Shown piece by piece: positions 26,561-39,649 of a DNA stretch of 64,000 bases (position 1 is the first letter of the stretch; every line of letters starts with the position of its first letter). The stretch lies in NCBI GenBank assembly GCA_036172245.1, contig JAYWIR010000064.1, positions 124,001-188,000 of the forward strand. Direction: 5' to 3'. The position numbers and the translations under genes are program-made. The notes beneath the pieces are model-generated. The model was given only the letters and a program-made list of their open reading frames with translations. It was not told where the DNA came from and did no database searches. Source of the DNA: Raillietiella orientalis (Eukaryota).

Positions 26561-27299
26561 TGATAGCTGACCTCACTTGGAAGACAAGTGTCATATCGCC
26601 TGAGGTTCTGTTCCGCTACTCAGCCAGAAGGAAGGTCCCATTCCATACTCTCCTATCACCCTCCCCCCTTAACTTACTTATTGCCCCTTTCCCTTCCGCT
26701 TCGGACTGTCCCAGTAGACGGCTCGTTTGCTAGTGAATTCTCTTGAACTCTTTTCTTTTTGTTTACGGAACTGCGTTCCCAGCTTGTTTGCTCGTTTTCA
26801 TTAAATAAACGCCACGGTTTGACCGGGCAAAAAAAACATCGTCAGCAGAAAAATCTCCTTCCCCTTCTCCTTTATGGAACGATTCTTTTGGAACGTGCAC
26901 ACAGTCGATGGTCGCAATCGGTTTCCTTCCGCAGCTCGGCAGAACCCCTACTCACACTTTCCTGACATATATTTATTGCTAGGGTGCTCGTGAAAACTAT
27001 GTGGCGCGCAGCATGAATACGTGAACGTGGATCTATGCGGCGTGCTCGTAAACAGATTGAGAATCCACGAAATTCGTTCCGAATTTTTAGTGGATCGATT
27101 CTTGAACATCCGAAGCTACCGAGCACGCCAGCGACCACCGACTGAGCGCCAACAAATGTGATCCGATTGAAACGGTTGCGCACTTTCCATGGCCACCACC
27201 GTCTCGTGCTTCTCATTCCACGACTGTCTTGTTCCCTTGGCTGCTGAAGAGAGAAGTTCCCTGAAACGCGCCATCTCGAAGATTGAGCAGCACTCCGTC

Positions 27300-29200
27300 T
27301 AGAAAGAAAAAGATGCCCTCGTGGCTCAGGAAGATTCGAAGGGGGGGAAATCAGACTGACAGAATCTCTGTCGAAAAGTCTGTTCTGTGGAAGGCGCCAC
27401 TGCTTTCAGGTGCTGTCGGTGTACATTGGAAAAACGTTCTGGGCTCCACGAATTAGAATACATATTCATGAAGGACGTAAACGAATGTGGGGGAATGGTT
27501 TCCTCATATCCTCACTCAGTCTCTTCCTTCTACTGTTTTCATGAGATTTTTCCATTACCAACCTTCCAAAATGACATCCCAGGGAACATCGAATGCTTTC
27601 AGCGCATCGTTTGCTCCGCGATGCACCCCACCTATGCCTTGGGAATTTCCATTGCTCTAAGTGTTCTTTCATCGGTTTCAAGGTCCTGAAGATCCTGCTG
27701 CTGTTTCTTTCATTGTGGTGGCGGACGCTCCCCCCGAGGCGAAATAGAGAGTTAATTCTCCACACCGGCCCTCCTTTTTCCTGCCTTGCCGTTTTCAACG
27801 CCGCCGATGAATGCTCATAATCTGCCCTCTCTCTAAAGCACTGGATTCGTTCTTGGCCTTGGTTCCTGCTGTGGTCTGCTCGGAGGCTACCAACTTCCAC
27901 TGTTTCAATATATGTGTGTCGATGTAAAAAATTACCTTTTTTTGTCGCAGCAAGACCAGACATTGCACCATGTTGGTAGCAAATTGTAGTGCCTTCAAGT
28001 GTCAATCTCAGGACCATTCCTTCTGACGATCTTCTCACCAAAATATAGCATTGGTGCTTCATCCCTCTCACCTCAAATCAATTACAGTCGTACCATCTAT
28101 TTCCATGAAAGTTAGCACCGTCGGCATTGCTTCAACTGCAACTTGATCAGCCTTTTTTCCTTCACCAAAACCTTTTAACTTATACGCAGCAAGTGCTGCA
28201 GCGTCACCGAGTCACGCTGCGTGGGTGAACCTCCAGTCTGAGGAATTAAAATGTCTGTCGCCGTGCGGAAGACGACCTGAATTTTGATCCTCAACATTCT
28301 GATTCCCGGGACGTGATCTGTTGATCCGAATGTTTCTGAAAGGGATGTGCAGGACGTCTTGCGTTCCCTTGTCCTCAGACTCAATCCGATTTTCTTCCTC
28401 ATAAGCGAGCGACTATCATGGCGTCGCCAAACGTGATTCTGGGTAGATTTAATCCTCATTTTTCCGGACGCTTGCCTTCCCGCCACTGAGATATTTACCG
28501 TATTGCTACCGCTCTTCTGACACACATTGCATGAATCGATTTGGAAAAGAAGTCTCCCAAGTTTCCATTCACCACCTTTCTTTCACCAACGCCAGAGATC
28601 TCCATTAGAATATGTCATGTACTGCCCGTCAGAAGAAATTGGAACTTTGAAGAAACTCACAATCTCCAATCTATCAGCTTCTTCGGATAAGTTGGCTTAT
28701 AGCCACTCACTCCAAGGTCCTCGCGGTCGGAAAGATTGCATACCAAAAACACGATCATCATTGCAAAAGATGTGAATTCAGGAATGATGTGCTGAATTGC
28801 TGTTCGCAGCAATCTCTCCCCTGCAGATCCAGAGATGCTACTTATTGCTTCTCTGATTACAGATGGAAGCTGACGGAAACTGGGACGCTGTTCCCTGCAA
28901 GTTCATACTGCAATGTACTTCTTTTTCCGTCCGCATCTGCTGCTGCTCAAGGAAAGAAGAATGGTCATCCAGTGGGTTGCTTGTCATCGGAAACACCCCT
29001 GCAGAGTAAAGAAAACGAACCAAAAATCTCAATGCTCTCCTTATGGGGAAGAATCTTTACGTGACAGCCTTATCCCTGACATTTCTCTATGTAGGGTTCA
29101 AGAACCCCCATCATGAAGACATGAAGCAAGAACTGCATGTCTCACACCTATGCTTCGGGTTGTTACAAGCATCCATTATTGCCGAGATAAACACTAGAAT
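27300..29200 (-). mobile_element. Possible degenerate LINE endonuclease region
   Basis: LGDFF (GDFN-like) near 28550 followed by GSTDH (SDH-like) near 28320 on the minus strand. Weak. Confidence 0.3.
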
Positions 29201-32200
29201 CATAGATCAGAATGAAGTAAGCATCCAAGAAGAGCCAGAAGAAACCAACGCAATTGTGTATAGAAGCTTTGGAACCAACAAGTGAAAAATGAAAAGACAG
29301 CCCGCAACAGGCAAAAACTCTCCACTGACCAAGTCAGTGCGTCCGTGGTCCGGAAAGCGAAAATGACACGCACACCGAAGACTTGTGCGAGCGGGAAATA
29401 GCAGTACAATCAAAGAACGATAGGCACGGATTCCGTCGAATTTCCAGGAACGTTCAGGATTCCCGTTGCTGAGACCACAAAGCAGAAGAACTGTCGAAGA
29501 AGGCGTCGATTGGGGACGGAAGAGACACGCGACCCCCTTCATCTCCGTGGTAGCGAAAGTGCGCCACGCACGGACTACGACCTCACCACGTGCACGCACG
29601 CATCCCCCACCTCCTGCGCACCGGCTGGCAAACCGTCAACACTCGGAGCACCATCTTTCCTTCAGCGCCGTCACCGCTCAGGTCTTACGCAAAGTGTCAC
29701 TGCGACGAAGAAAGGCGCACCTCAGTCCCTGGCCTGCCTTCTCTTGGGAGCAAAAAAGTCCTCCTTTTCCCGAGAATCAAGCCAGACAAGGCAGCAGCCA
29801 GAACGACTCCCGGGCACCAGCATCCCTCAGCGTTCCCAGCCACTCACGAAGATGGCTCGCTCGAACATTCCACTCGGCTGTACCCAGCATCTCCGCAAAT
29901 CCAAACCAAGGGGTACCCAGTCGTCGAACCCCTTCTTATTTCGAATCGGGAGGACCTCGGCAGCTTCGCTCGTCTTCGCAACAGCTGGAGCGTGATCCCC
30001 AGTACCTGATTCTCACGATATTGAATCGGGAGCGCGGAGCGAATCGGGCGAGGCCCCGTGGGGATTTGCCTTCGTCGGCGAAGGATATCCAGAGAGACCA
30101 AAGAGAATCCGGCCGACACCAAGGGAATTCTCTCCCAACTGACCGTTTCCTACGAGACCGGGGTCACTCGTAATTTCCACAGCGCGTGACATGAGAACTC
30201 TGGCTGCCCCGAAAGGGAACTCCCGGGAAACCGGGAAGAGTGCCGAAAAGGTGTGCCTGGTCTTCCCGCACTCGGAGATGGCGGCGCGCTGTGCCCGCTA
30301 GCATGGGGACCCGACTACGCGGGCGTCCCGACGCCGATCGGAGCAGGCGCTCGTTGGCGCTACAAAGTCCACACTCAACCCTTCAGAGACCCGGAGTTCC
30401 CTTTCATGCGCGCCCACTTATCCCCCTATCTATGCATCGAAAGGATGCGAGCGAAGACCGAGGAGCTCGTCCCCGACAACTGACCCTTCCGCTATGTCCC
30501 TCCCGTCGCCGAGTGCATGCGAGAGCGACGGACTCCCAGTACAACCGATCCCCCCCCGCCCCCTGGGAATTCAGTGCCACAGTCGCGGCTCCCTCGGGCT
30601 CCGTGTCTTCGTGACCGAACGATGCTACGGCGATGCTTCTGGCGCAGAGAGAGTTTCCGTGGACGCAGCCAACCAGCAGGCTCCAGCTTCGTGTCCGATC
30701 CTTGCCACCTCCGCTTCTCCCGTGTCTCCTCCCTCTTCCTCCCATACAGGGAAACGATTCCACCTCCACGCAAGCTCCCGTGACGCACACCGCTGAGTGC
30801 CGTGCAGCACAGCTTACCTCCTTACCAGGCTGCCCGCCGCCTCCTCCCAAAGCGCCTTTTCCACGCGCAAGTCTGCTCTCGCGGGACAAAAGAACAAGGC
30901 CCCGTCCCGCGTTCGGCCTGCGAAGCGCCCCTCCGACAGCGGAACGGCACCGGTGAGCCTGCCCGGCGTGCCCGACGCGTGCTCCCCCGACCGTCCCACC
31001 CGACGTCGCTTCGAGGCGAAGCTCGCCTTCGGCGAAGAACGGTCCGCTGGCGTCTACGCCGAGGTTTCATGGCAGGCCACGCAAACGGAGAGTCGGCTGG
31101 CGATGGCGCGCGCCCTCTCCCGCTTTCGCAAGGTTTTTGGAAAGCCTATGGCACCCGCTGCTCCGGACGTGCTCGGAGCAGCAGCGGAAGACGCCCGTGC
31201 CCGCGTGTGGAACTGCCGGGTGCGAACGGAAAGCCGAGAGAAAAAGCCGCTGGCATCCGCGCACCACCGCATCGTGCACCAGGAAGAAGAAGACTGCGAG
31301 ATCGCCCCGCAACGACTTGGCGGGAGAGGCGTGCCTGCGCTTCGCGGGCTGCCCGCTTCGATGGAGAGCGCGGCACGAGTCCGAAGACTGGCGGGTTAAG
31401 TCGTCCGAGACGCCCGCGCGCCCGCCCACTGACGGAACGACCGACCGCACGAAACGGGGCATCGGAAGCGGAATGCAGAAGAGCTGAGAGAGGACTCGGC
31501 GGAGGGCCCGGTGGGGAGCAGCAGCGTCCAGAACGTAGCGGATGCCGAACTCACGGACGTGCGAACGGAAGCGGGACGGAGAGGCGCGTGTGCGCCGGCG
31601 GCAGGCAAAAGTTGGACCCGGAAGCGGCGGGGTCGCAGGGGTTGCGGGCATGCGTTCCTGCGCGTTGGTGGCGGGCTGACGCACGCGCGCGCCAGAACGG
31701 CTCCGACGAGCGGGACGGCGCCATTTCGCGCGCAACAAACGACGCGCGCGCGACTGCGGCTGCGGAGGAAGGTGTTGGCTGGTTGGCGTGCGCGCCGTGG
31801 CCGCGGTCCCCTCGCGAGCGAACGGCGATCACTGAGCGCGCGCTTCGACGCGTGGCAGCGGCCGCACCTTCGTCCGTGCAGCGATCGTCTTCGCGGAACG
31901 AAAGCGAAAGTCTTCCTTCCATCCTCTCCCGTCGCGAATGCGATCGCCCCGGGCGCGGCTACGTTGCGTGCACCCGACAGGGGGCGCACCTCTCGCGCTG
32001 CCCGTGGGTCCGCTTGCGCGTCCACGCAGGGCACACCCGGGAGCGGCGCCTAAATGCCCGCTGCCCGAGCACGCAGGCCTCGGCCCGCCGTGTCGGCGGC
32101 AGGCCGAGGCTGGCGGAACGCGCAGGTAGAGGGGGAATCGGACGTCTGCCGTGCCTCTGGCGGAAGGCCGTCGCGGCGGCGAACAGGCACCGGCCTGTGG

Positions 32201-32939
32201 ACGCCGTAAATCGGCATTTCGACGAGCGAGCGCCCATCCGTCATGGCGACGCGTCTCCCCGCGGCCAGGCGCGCGTTGCGAGCACGACCTTCTCGCGTCC
32301 TCGGCCAGCGACTGGGCCGCGTCCGCCGATCGACCGCGGTGCACGCGTCTCCGGCAGCCTTGGCGAGGTCGTCGTCGCGCCACCCGCCTTCGCTCTGCTG
32401 CCCGGTGCGTTGCAAGAAGCGCGTTGGCGCGGTCGCTCGCCTGGCGCAGGCTGCGGGAAGAGGCACGGACGTCGGGCCGTGTTCGGAGCCGCCAAACACC
32501 CAGTTGCGAATCTGCGCACGCACCACCGTCGAAGCCGCGCCCCGTACATTTCCGTGCTTCTCCCGGTGTGCACTCCGTCTCGTGCGCGCGCGCTCCCCAT
32601 TTTCCGGTAGTTTTGCGCGCATCCGCCAGGAGGGGGGGAGGCGGCTACACGTGAGCGTTTGCTGATGCGAGGGGCGGTCCGACCCTCTGCAGACTCGCGC
32701 GTCTGTCACGACGGTTCCGAAACGATCCGGGATCGCTTCGCTGATGCGGAAGGGCCTCTTCGCTTGCGGGGTCCGGAAGGCTGCGCCTTGTTCCCTTCGC
32801 TCGGCAATCCGCCGACAGACGAATGCAGCGCCATCTCCGAGCGGAAGCGGAAACTGGCGAGCGGCGAGACTCGGCATCTCCGTCGGCTGCGTGCTCGTCG
32901 CCACGACGCCTGCCCAATGCCGCTCTCTGCGGAGATGCC

Positions 32940-33720
32940 CCAAGCGTCTCCCCACGGGAACACTGAAGCCGCCCGTCGTTCGGCAGAAGAGCGCCACGCC
33001 AATCTTCCTGCGGACGGACGAGGTGACACTGCCCGGACGGCGAGCGCGCGATCGAAAGCGGGAAGCGCCCTCTTGCCGCCGCCGACTCGTTCGCCAAGCA
33101 GGCGGCACTCGCCCACATCGGGAACGCGCGCACACACTCTTGCGCCAGGGGAGGCCACTGTGCGCCCGGCTCAGGAGCGCGGCTCGTGCGCAGCGCCGAG
33201 AGGAACGAACCAACGAAGAGAATGGCCCGAAGGGAAGGGCCGTGCGGTGGTCGGCAGGACACGCGGCAGAGGAAGAAGAAATAGACGTGTGCTGGAGCGT
33301 GGAGTAGGGGAGCTTCGACCGGGTCGCCTGTCGTCGAGCGCGTGCCGAGCATCTCGTGCTGTCCTCCGGCCGCGCTCCGCGGCGCTGGACGTCTCCCACG
33401 GCGACGCGAACGCTCACAGCGATCTCGGAGGCTACGGAGAGCACGTCTGCCTGCGTGTCCGTGAAAGAGGCGGCACTCGCGCGCTCGCCCGCGCCGACCG
33501 CTCCCCATCTCCGCACGCTAGCCTGTCGGCTTCCGACTCGAGCTGCTGCCGCGGCGATGGCGCTCAAGCGACACCGTCCGAGGGCTTCACGGAACACTCT
33601 GCCGTTCCCGAGAGGCCATCCGTGGCGTTGCGGAAGGGAGGCAGATGCGCTCTTTGTTGCGATGGACGACCGTCGGCAGGCGAACACGGAGCGTCGACCG
33701 CCATACGCTTCGCAGGCTGC
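32940..33720 (+). pseudogene. Degenerate APE endonuclease domain of LINE copy 2 (mirror ~9215-9995, minus)
   Basis: HGDANAHS (GDFNAH) at 33397-33420, EADALFVA (RIDYIFVS-like) at 33638, SVDRH (SDH-like) near 33690. Confidence 0.55.
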
Positions 33721-35635
33721 TGGAGCAGCAAACGGTATCGCTCCCGGCGCTGAGCACAGCAGCGAGGATTCCAGCCGAACGCATTCCCGCTTCCGGTGGG
33801 CGTGGAGGATCGCTCGGCAGGGAAGGGGTGCAGAAGCGAGTCGCTGGATCCGTTTCGCGAGTGCCCTTCCCAGGGAACACGGGAGAGCGTTTGTGACACG
33901 AGCTGCCTTGGCATCCGCTCCGATGCGGACGGTCCGCTTTGCTCTGCAGGGGGAGGCACGCCTTCGGACCTCGGGCTAGATGCGCCCGCGACGAAGCTTC
34001 CCGCCGTCCCTGTTGCGTCTGAGACACATTGGAGGGGGAGGGGTAGCTTCCTATCCTTCGCCCAAGGGGCTGCACGTTCCTCGGGCAGGGATGCGGGCGA
34101 CGCGTGCACGGTCGGGTGCCGCACGAGAACTTCCGGACAGCGCTGGGGTGTTTTTCCATGCACCCGGGGGGGCGAAACCGTGGCTGCAGGACCTCCTGCT
34201 TCTTGCGCGATTCCCACGGCGCTCGCACCTCGACGCCGGGAGTCGCCAATGCTGCGCGCGACTTGCAGCGCCCGCGCTGCGCCGTTCGCAAGGAGGAGTG
34301 CTCCCCCGTCGGAGCGGCGTCATCGGCCGAGACCGACGGCAGGTGCAGCCCGCGACCGGAGAGCGGAAACGCGTCCACGATGCGGGCGCCTGGACATTCG
34401 TCTTCTGCACTCTTCGCGCGCCTCGACCGCAGCTGCTGCCTCCTGGTGCGTCGCGCGACGCGGCTGCCTCCGCCGTTTCGGCGTTCCCTTTGCGGGAGGG
34501 CGCACGGATGAAAGGGCGTTGAGTTTCGGGCTGCACCCCCACAGAGTGTCGACACGGAGGAAAACGGCCGCCGGCCACCGGCACCAATCCGTGCATGCGT
34601 TGGGTGGGCGCTCCGTCCGGCGTGGCACGACCTCGCCGACGGGGTGTTGCGTGCAGCGCGGGCTGCGGCGCGCCTCCCCGAATTCGCGTTCGCCGTGTTC
34701 TGTCCTCGGGAAAGACGGCAGTAGGCGCAGCGGGGGGCCGCACTGGCCAAGGTTTTATCGTGAGGAGTGGGTTGGTAGGAGGAAGGGGGTGGCTGCTGAG
34801 GAAGGACGCACGGCCGCCGGCTCCACGGTCGGAGGTCTCGTTCTTGGAGGAAGGCTGGGAATGCGGGAGTGCAGTCGGTCAATCCTGGTTTTGACCGCGA
34901 CGAGGAAGGCGTGCGTTTCTCCTCCCACCTGCCTATCCAGAGACGGTGCGCGTGCCTCCACGTGCGGGCGCACGAGCATCGGCATCTCTCGCTGCCGTTT
35001 CCCACTCGCCGCCTTGTCAGCGCGTGCGTGCCGGGGGAGTAGGCGTACCCCCGTAGGCCTCCCCGTGGCCACCGCCACCACCAACAGACGAGGGCGACTC
35101 AAGTCCTCTGGCCGCATGTCGCAGCGCCGTCCGCTAGCCCGTCGAGTGCGGTGACCAGTCGGAATGGCCGCTCGCTCCGCTTCCTGCCCGCCTGCCGCGG
35201 CTCGCCAATCCGCGCGGTGAGACTGCTCGACCTGCGGTGAGTGAACCCGCAGGCGAGTCTGCAGGCCGCTTCTCGCCGTTCACGGGTGTCCGCCTCTCCG
35301 CCTGCGCTCAAGAAACGTATCTTGGCGTTGCGCTCGCGCCTCCGCGTGCGCAGCAACAGGGTGGCGCCGCTTCCGCGCTCCGCCCGTCGCTTGCGCGCTG
35401 CGCCAACCGCTTGCTGCTGCCCCTTTCGCAGCTCCACGGCGTTTCAAGCCTCGTGGAAAAGGGGGCCGGCCCTCCGGATGACCTTCGTCTTGGAACCTTG
35501 TTCGGACCTTACATGTTAAAACGGTCCAACGTTGTGGCGGTAGCGCCCGCCTCGGGCAACATTCGCGGACGCAAGCAGACCATGGATTGGTGGAGCACCA
35601 GCAGCAACGAAATGCTTCGCGGTCGTTCCCGTCGC

Positions 35636-36900
35636 GGAAAGGCGCCGTTGTGCACCGGTGAGTCAGCATCCCGTCCGATGCATGCGTGCGTAGCCGTTTG
35701 TTCCGCGCCTGCAGATGCTGCGTTGCTGCACGCGGCGTAGTCGCGGTCGGGCCGGAGAGGCGGATTGCGGTTGCCGCCGGCAGAGTGAGTTGCCGCCGGC
35801 TGCGACAGCACCTGGCTCCGAGCGTGAACGGCAGCACGCAAGTACAGGCAAGCAGGGGGGGTCTCCGGCGCAGTACGGAATCGCCAGGGGCAGCCACACC
35901 GGGAAAGGGAGGGAAGAAGGCGTCGAGCGTGGAGGCGGCATGCGTCGCCGTCATCTCCTTCCAGGCGAATCCCCCTGCCGACAAGTGGGAGTTCTCTGCG
36001 ACCGTACCTTTCCTCTGACGATGGCGCTTCTTCTGCTCCTCGTTCAAGTTCACACGTGGCCCGCACGTGCTCGCGTGCTCTCCGCCCTCTTTGTGCAGCA
36101 GGGAGCAAGCAAGAGGAATTGCTTTCGCCCAAGAAGTCCCCTACTCCAGGGGGGAGACGCGTTCCGCTCCGGAAGAGGCTGCGATACCAGCGCACCGTTC
36201 CCTCGGGACAGTAACCGACCTGGTAAGGAGCAGCGGACAGTGCCGAAGGAGGGAGCGGCAGTTCGTCCGTCGGTGTACGGCGGCGGAAGAGTCCGCTCGT
36301 CTCGCGTCCGTCGGCGGAGCGCCTCCGTCCGACGGACGCGAGATGTGAATCAGCCGGTGGTCCACGCGGCAGCGCGAACCGGTCGCCCCTGGAGAGCGCA
36401 CGCTCCGGTGTGCTGTTCGACGTGGGCAGCGTGCGCATCCCCCCTTCCCCCGCTGCAGCTCGCTTGCCTGGCACGCTGCAGGGGAGCGCATCTCCAGTCG
36501 TGTGACCGGGTTCGCGCTCGTCCTGGATGTTTCGGATCGATTTCGCGGACACCGTAGTCCCGGGATGCCCGGTGCACTGGGCAGCGAGCGTCGTGTGCGC
36601 GGAGGTTGCACGCCGCGAGCAGCTGGACACGCTTTCGTGCGTTTTCCCGTCGCAGCTGCTGGACCGTCCCGTCGGCGATCATGCGGTTTCTTGCGTCGCT
36701 CGCGCGGCTGCAACGTTCCCGTCGCCGGAGGCAAGGCTGCCGCTTGCCCTCCGCGTTGCTCGCGTCTCGCTTGCGCGCAGCGAGGTCGCCGTCGCCGAGT
36801 ATTCGGCAATTGCGCGAGCTCCCGCGGCGCCTGCGCACCGGCTCGGGAGGTGGCGCATCGCCTGTCCCGCTGTCCTCCGGCCGAAGGTTCCAGGTGGCGC
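35636..36900 (+). pseudogene. Degenerate reverse transcriptase domain of LINE copy 2
   Basis: GKAPLCTG 35636; LRPYLS 35996 (RPISL); NCFRPRS 36117 (Q.GFRPGRS); DLVR/AADSA 36217 across a 1-nt frameshift (DL.KAFDSV); GTLQGSASP 36470 plus FALVLDV 36511 (QG.PLSP.LF.LV.D). The YADD equivalent is ambiguous (FADT 36542 or VGDH 36671). Confidence 0.7.
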
Positions 36901-39034
36901 AGGATTTCGCCGATGGGACGCCCCGCGGCCTAGGCGGAGCCGAAACTGTTACGCGCTCCTCGATCTCTACCACACGCGGCGGCCGTCCGTCCATCTTCCC
37001 GGATGGCGGCGTTTCCTGCAGCACGTCGAAGAGGCGGCCGCGTTCCCGCGTTGGCTACGCAAAGCGCTGCAGCGCAGGTTTTGCGACCGGACGACGACGA
37101 CCCGGAGAGAGATCAGCGCGTGCGCGGAAGAACATAGGCCGTGAGATCAGTGCCATTGGTGCTGGTGCGCAAGGTTGAGGCCAGCACGTGCGCACGGGTG
37201 GGCACGCAAAACGTTTGCCTGTGCGTCGGAGAACCTCTGCGGGAAGGCGTGGCCTTCGCGGGTGTCGCGTAGCGGAAGGCGAGCGCGTAGGTGAAGGTCG
37301 CTGCGCGCTTTCTGCGCGGAAGACCGTGGAAGCGACTTCTTGTCGTGCCAGCGAATGAGGAAGTGGTGCGTGGAGCGTTCAGTATCTTACGCCGTCACTT
37401 CGGCGGGTCGCTGGTTGGAAAAGATGATCGGGAGAATGCTGGGAACTCCGTTCCCGGGAGAAGAGAAGAAAAGTTCTGCGAGAACGACTGCCGGTGGCAC
37501 GGGTGCCGTGTCCGTGGGAAATGAGCAGCGGTGGGGAGGGTACGTCGCAGGAATCAAAAAGGAGTGGGGAGTTGGGAAGCGCTCTTTTCTTTGTCGTTGC
37601 GATGTCGAGTGCTGGCGCTCCCCTTTGCTGCTCCTCTGTCCGCGAAAGGCACCTCTGATCCGCCTGTGACCCTCGGACAGGCGGGTGTCCTCCTTTCGCA
37701 GCTCCCGGGCCTCCGGCGCATTGCGTGCTGCGATGGTGGCGCGGATGCAGCGTACCGTCGGCTGGTCACGGTGGCTCGTGACGAGAGTCCGCCGCTCCCG
37801 CAGAGGCCGTGTCGGTTCCTCCCGGATTCGGCGGGGGTGGCGGAGGCGGGCTCGTTCTCAGCTGCTTGAAGGTGCGCTGCAGTCCGGCAAGTGATATGTA
37901 GGGTCAGTTGGGACATCCCGCACTGCGGATAGCTCGGGGAGGCCGGTGGAGGAGGCGTCGGGCGGCGATGACCTGATGCCGCGCGTTGCACTACCGCCCC
38001 GTTGCGAGCGCCGCAACGTCTTCTTCACGGTCGACCGACTCGCCCGCCTGCAGCATTACGTGGAGGAGAAGGAGAGGGAAGCCGGCAGGCGAAGCGCGGG
38101 AGACGGGGAGGTGTCCTCGACCTACTCGACTGCCTGTTCGGCAGGAAATCGGGGGAAGGACCTGGTTCGTGACGTGCAATGGCGGAGGTGGGGCGTGGAC
38201 GCAGGTGGCGACCTTCCTGCGGCTTTTCCCGCTGGGGCTGCGCGCGTGGATGCGGAGCTGGGGTCCGAGCTGTTACTTCGGCGTTGCCGCGATTTGCCAG
38301 CGAGTGGCGCCCGTCTGTGATTCTGCTGGGATTTTCGCAGCTTCCTTGTCTGCAAATATTCCGTGTTTTGCGCTCCTGTCCCCAACTTCCACGATCGTTC
38401 CTCTCCCCGAGACCTGGGACACTCATGTCCGTCGCCGAGGAAGGGCACGCGCGGCCCTCGAGCCTGCTGGTGCTCCCTCGTCGCCCGTACGTGTCTTCGC
38501 GCCTCGAGGATAGCTGCCGGGGGCAAGCGCGGGAGCTGGCCCGCTTCCGTTGCGGGAAGGGGGGAGAAGGGTGCGGTATTACTTTCGTGCCTTCGCGCTC
38601 TCTTCCGGGCGCGCAGCCGCGGAGCGCATCGTCTAACGGGCAGGTCGTGGGCGGTACGGGAGCGACGGGTGTTGCCCGATGGCAAAGGTCTTCGTCCCCA
38701 TTCGTCTGCGGCGCATGCCGCCGAGGAGACGGAGGGCAAAGTGCATGGAGGCGTGCTGGTCAAGGGGACTTGTCGTTGGCAGGGCAATCGAATGTCTAGA
38801 CATTGGGTTCCGATTCCCCTGCTCTGATGAGGCTTCCTTGCATCGCAGGCCGTTCTTACTTCGGAAGACGCAACGGAAAGGGAGAGGGGAAGAGGAAGCC
38901 GATCTGCTGCCTAAAGTGGATGGCCGAGGCACTCCGGGCTGAGTGGCTCGCAAGAACAGGCAGTCGAGGATCGCTGAGGGAGGCGGCCCGCTTCCCCGGG
39001 GGAGGGAGGGCTCCGACCGTGACGGATACGAGGC

Positions 39035-39392
39035 GTAACCCTAATATTAACATACAGAGCGAGTACTGCATTATTCGCCCATATTATACGTAGCTTGCGC
39101 CATAACGCGGATAGCAAAATTACAGAACTGCCTCTGAAGCATGGTGCTGATGCGAACAGAAAAAACGATAACGGTGATTATACTGGGCGTGTTATTGCAG
39201 GAATAGCAAAGTTATAAGTTGCTCTTAAGGTGCGGTGCTGATCCTGCTGCTAACAGTAATGCCGCGTTATACTCAGCGTTTAGTGATGGGCACAACGAAA
39301 TTATAAAATTGGGACTTCAATATCGTGCGGACCCCAGCATCATATTGGGTGACGCTTGCAGAAGAGGTGACGTTGATCTTGTAGAACTGCTC
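39035..39392 (+). pseudogene. Ankyrin-repeat gene fragment inserted in LINE copy 2
   Basis: ELPLKHGADANRKNDNG, then LLLRCGADPAANSNAALYSAFSDGHNEIIKLGLQYRADPSIILGDACRRGDVDLVELL. About 44% GC by hand count; no start or stop of its own. Confidence 0.87.
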
Positions 39393-39649
39393 TCGAGCGC
39401 CCTCCGGGCATTCCCCGTCCTGAACGAAGTGCCCTCGCGAGCGCTTTGGTGATGGTGCTCTTCCTGCGTACAGTTGGTGACATCCCCTTGTGCCTTTTTG
39501 TTTGACCGATTGGACACGACGAGCTCGAGAACGCCGGACCCCCCTTCGTACCGGGAGAGGAAGGAGGCACAACGGCAGGAAGAGGATCGGAGGATGTGCG
39601 CTCGCGCGAGTGTGGCGACTTTTTTCTTTTTTTCTTTCTCAGCCTGCGT

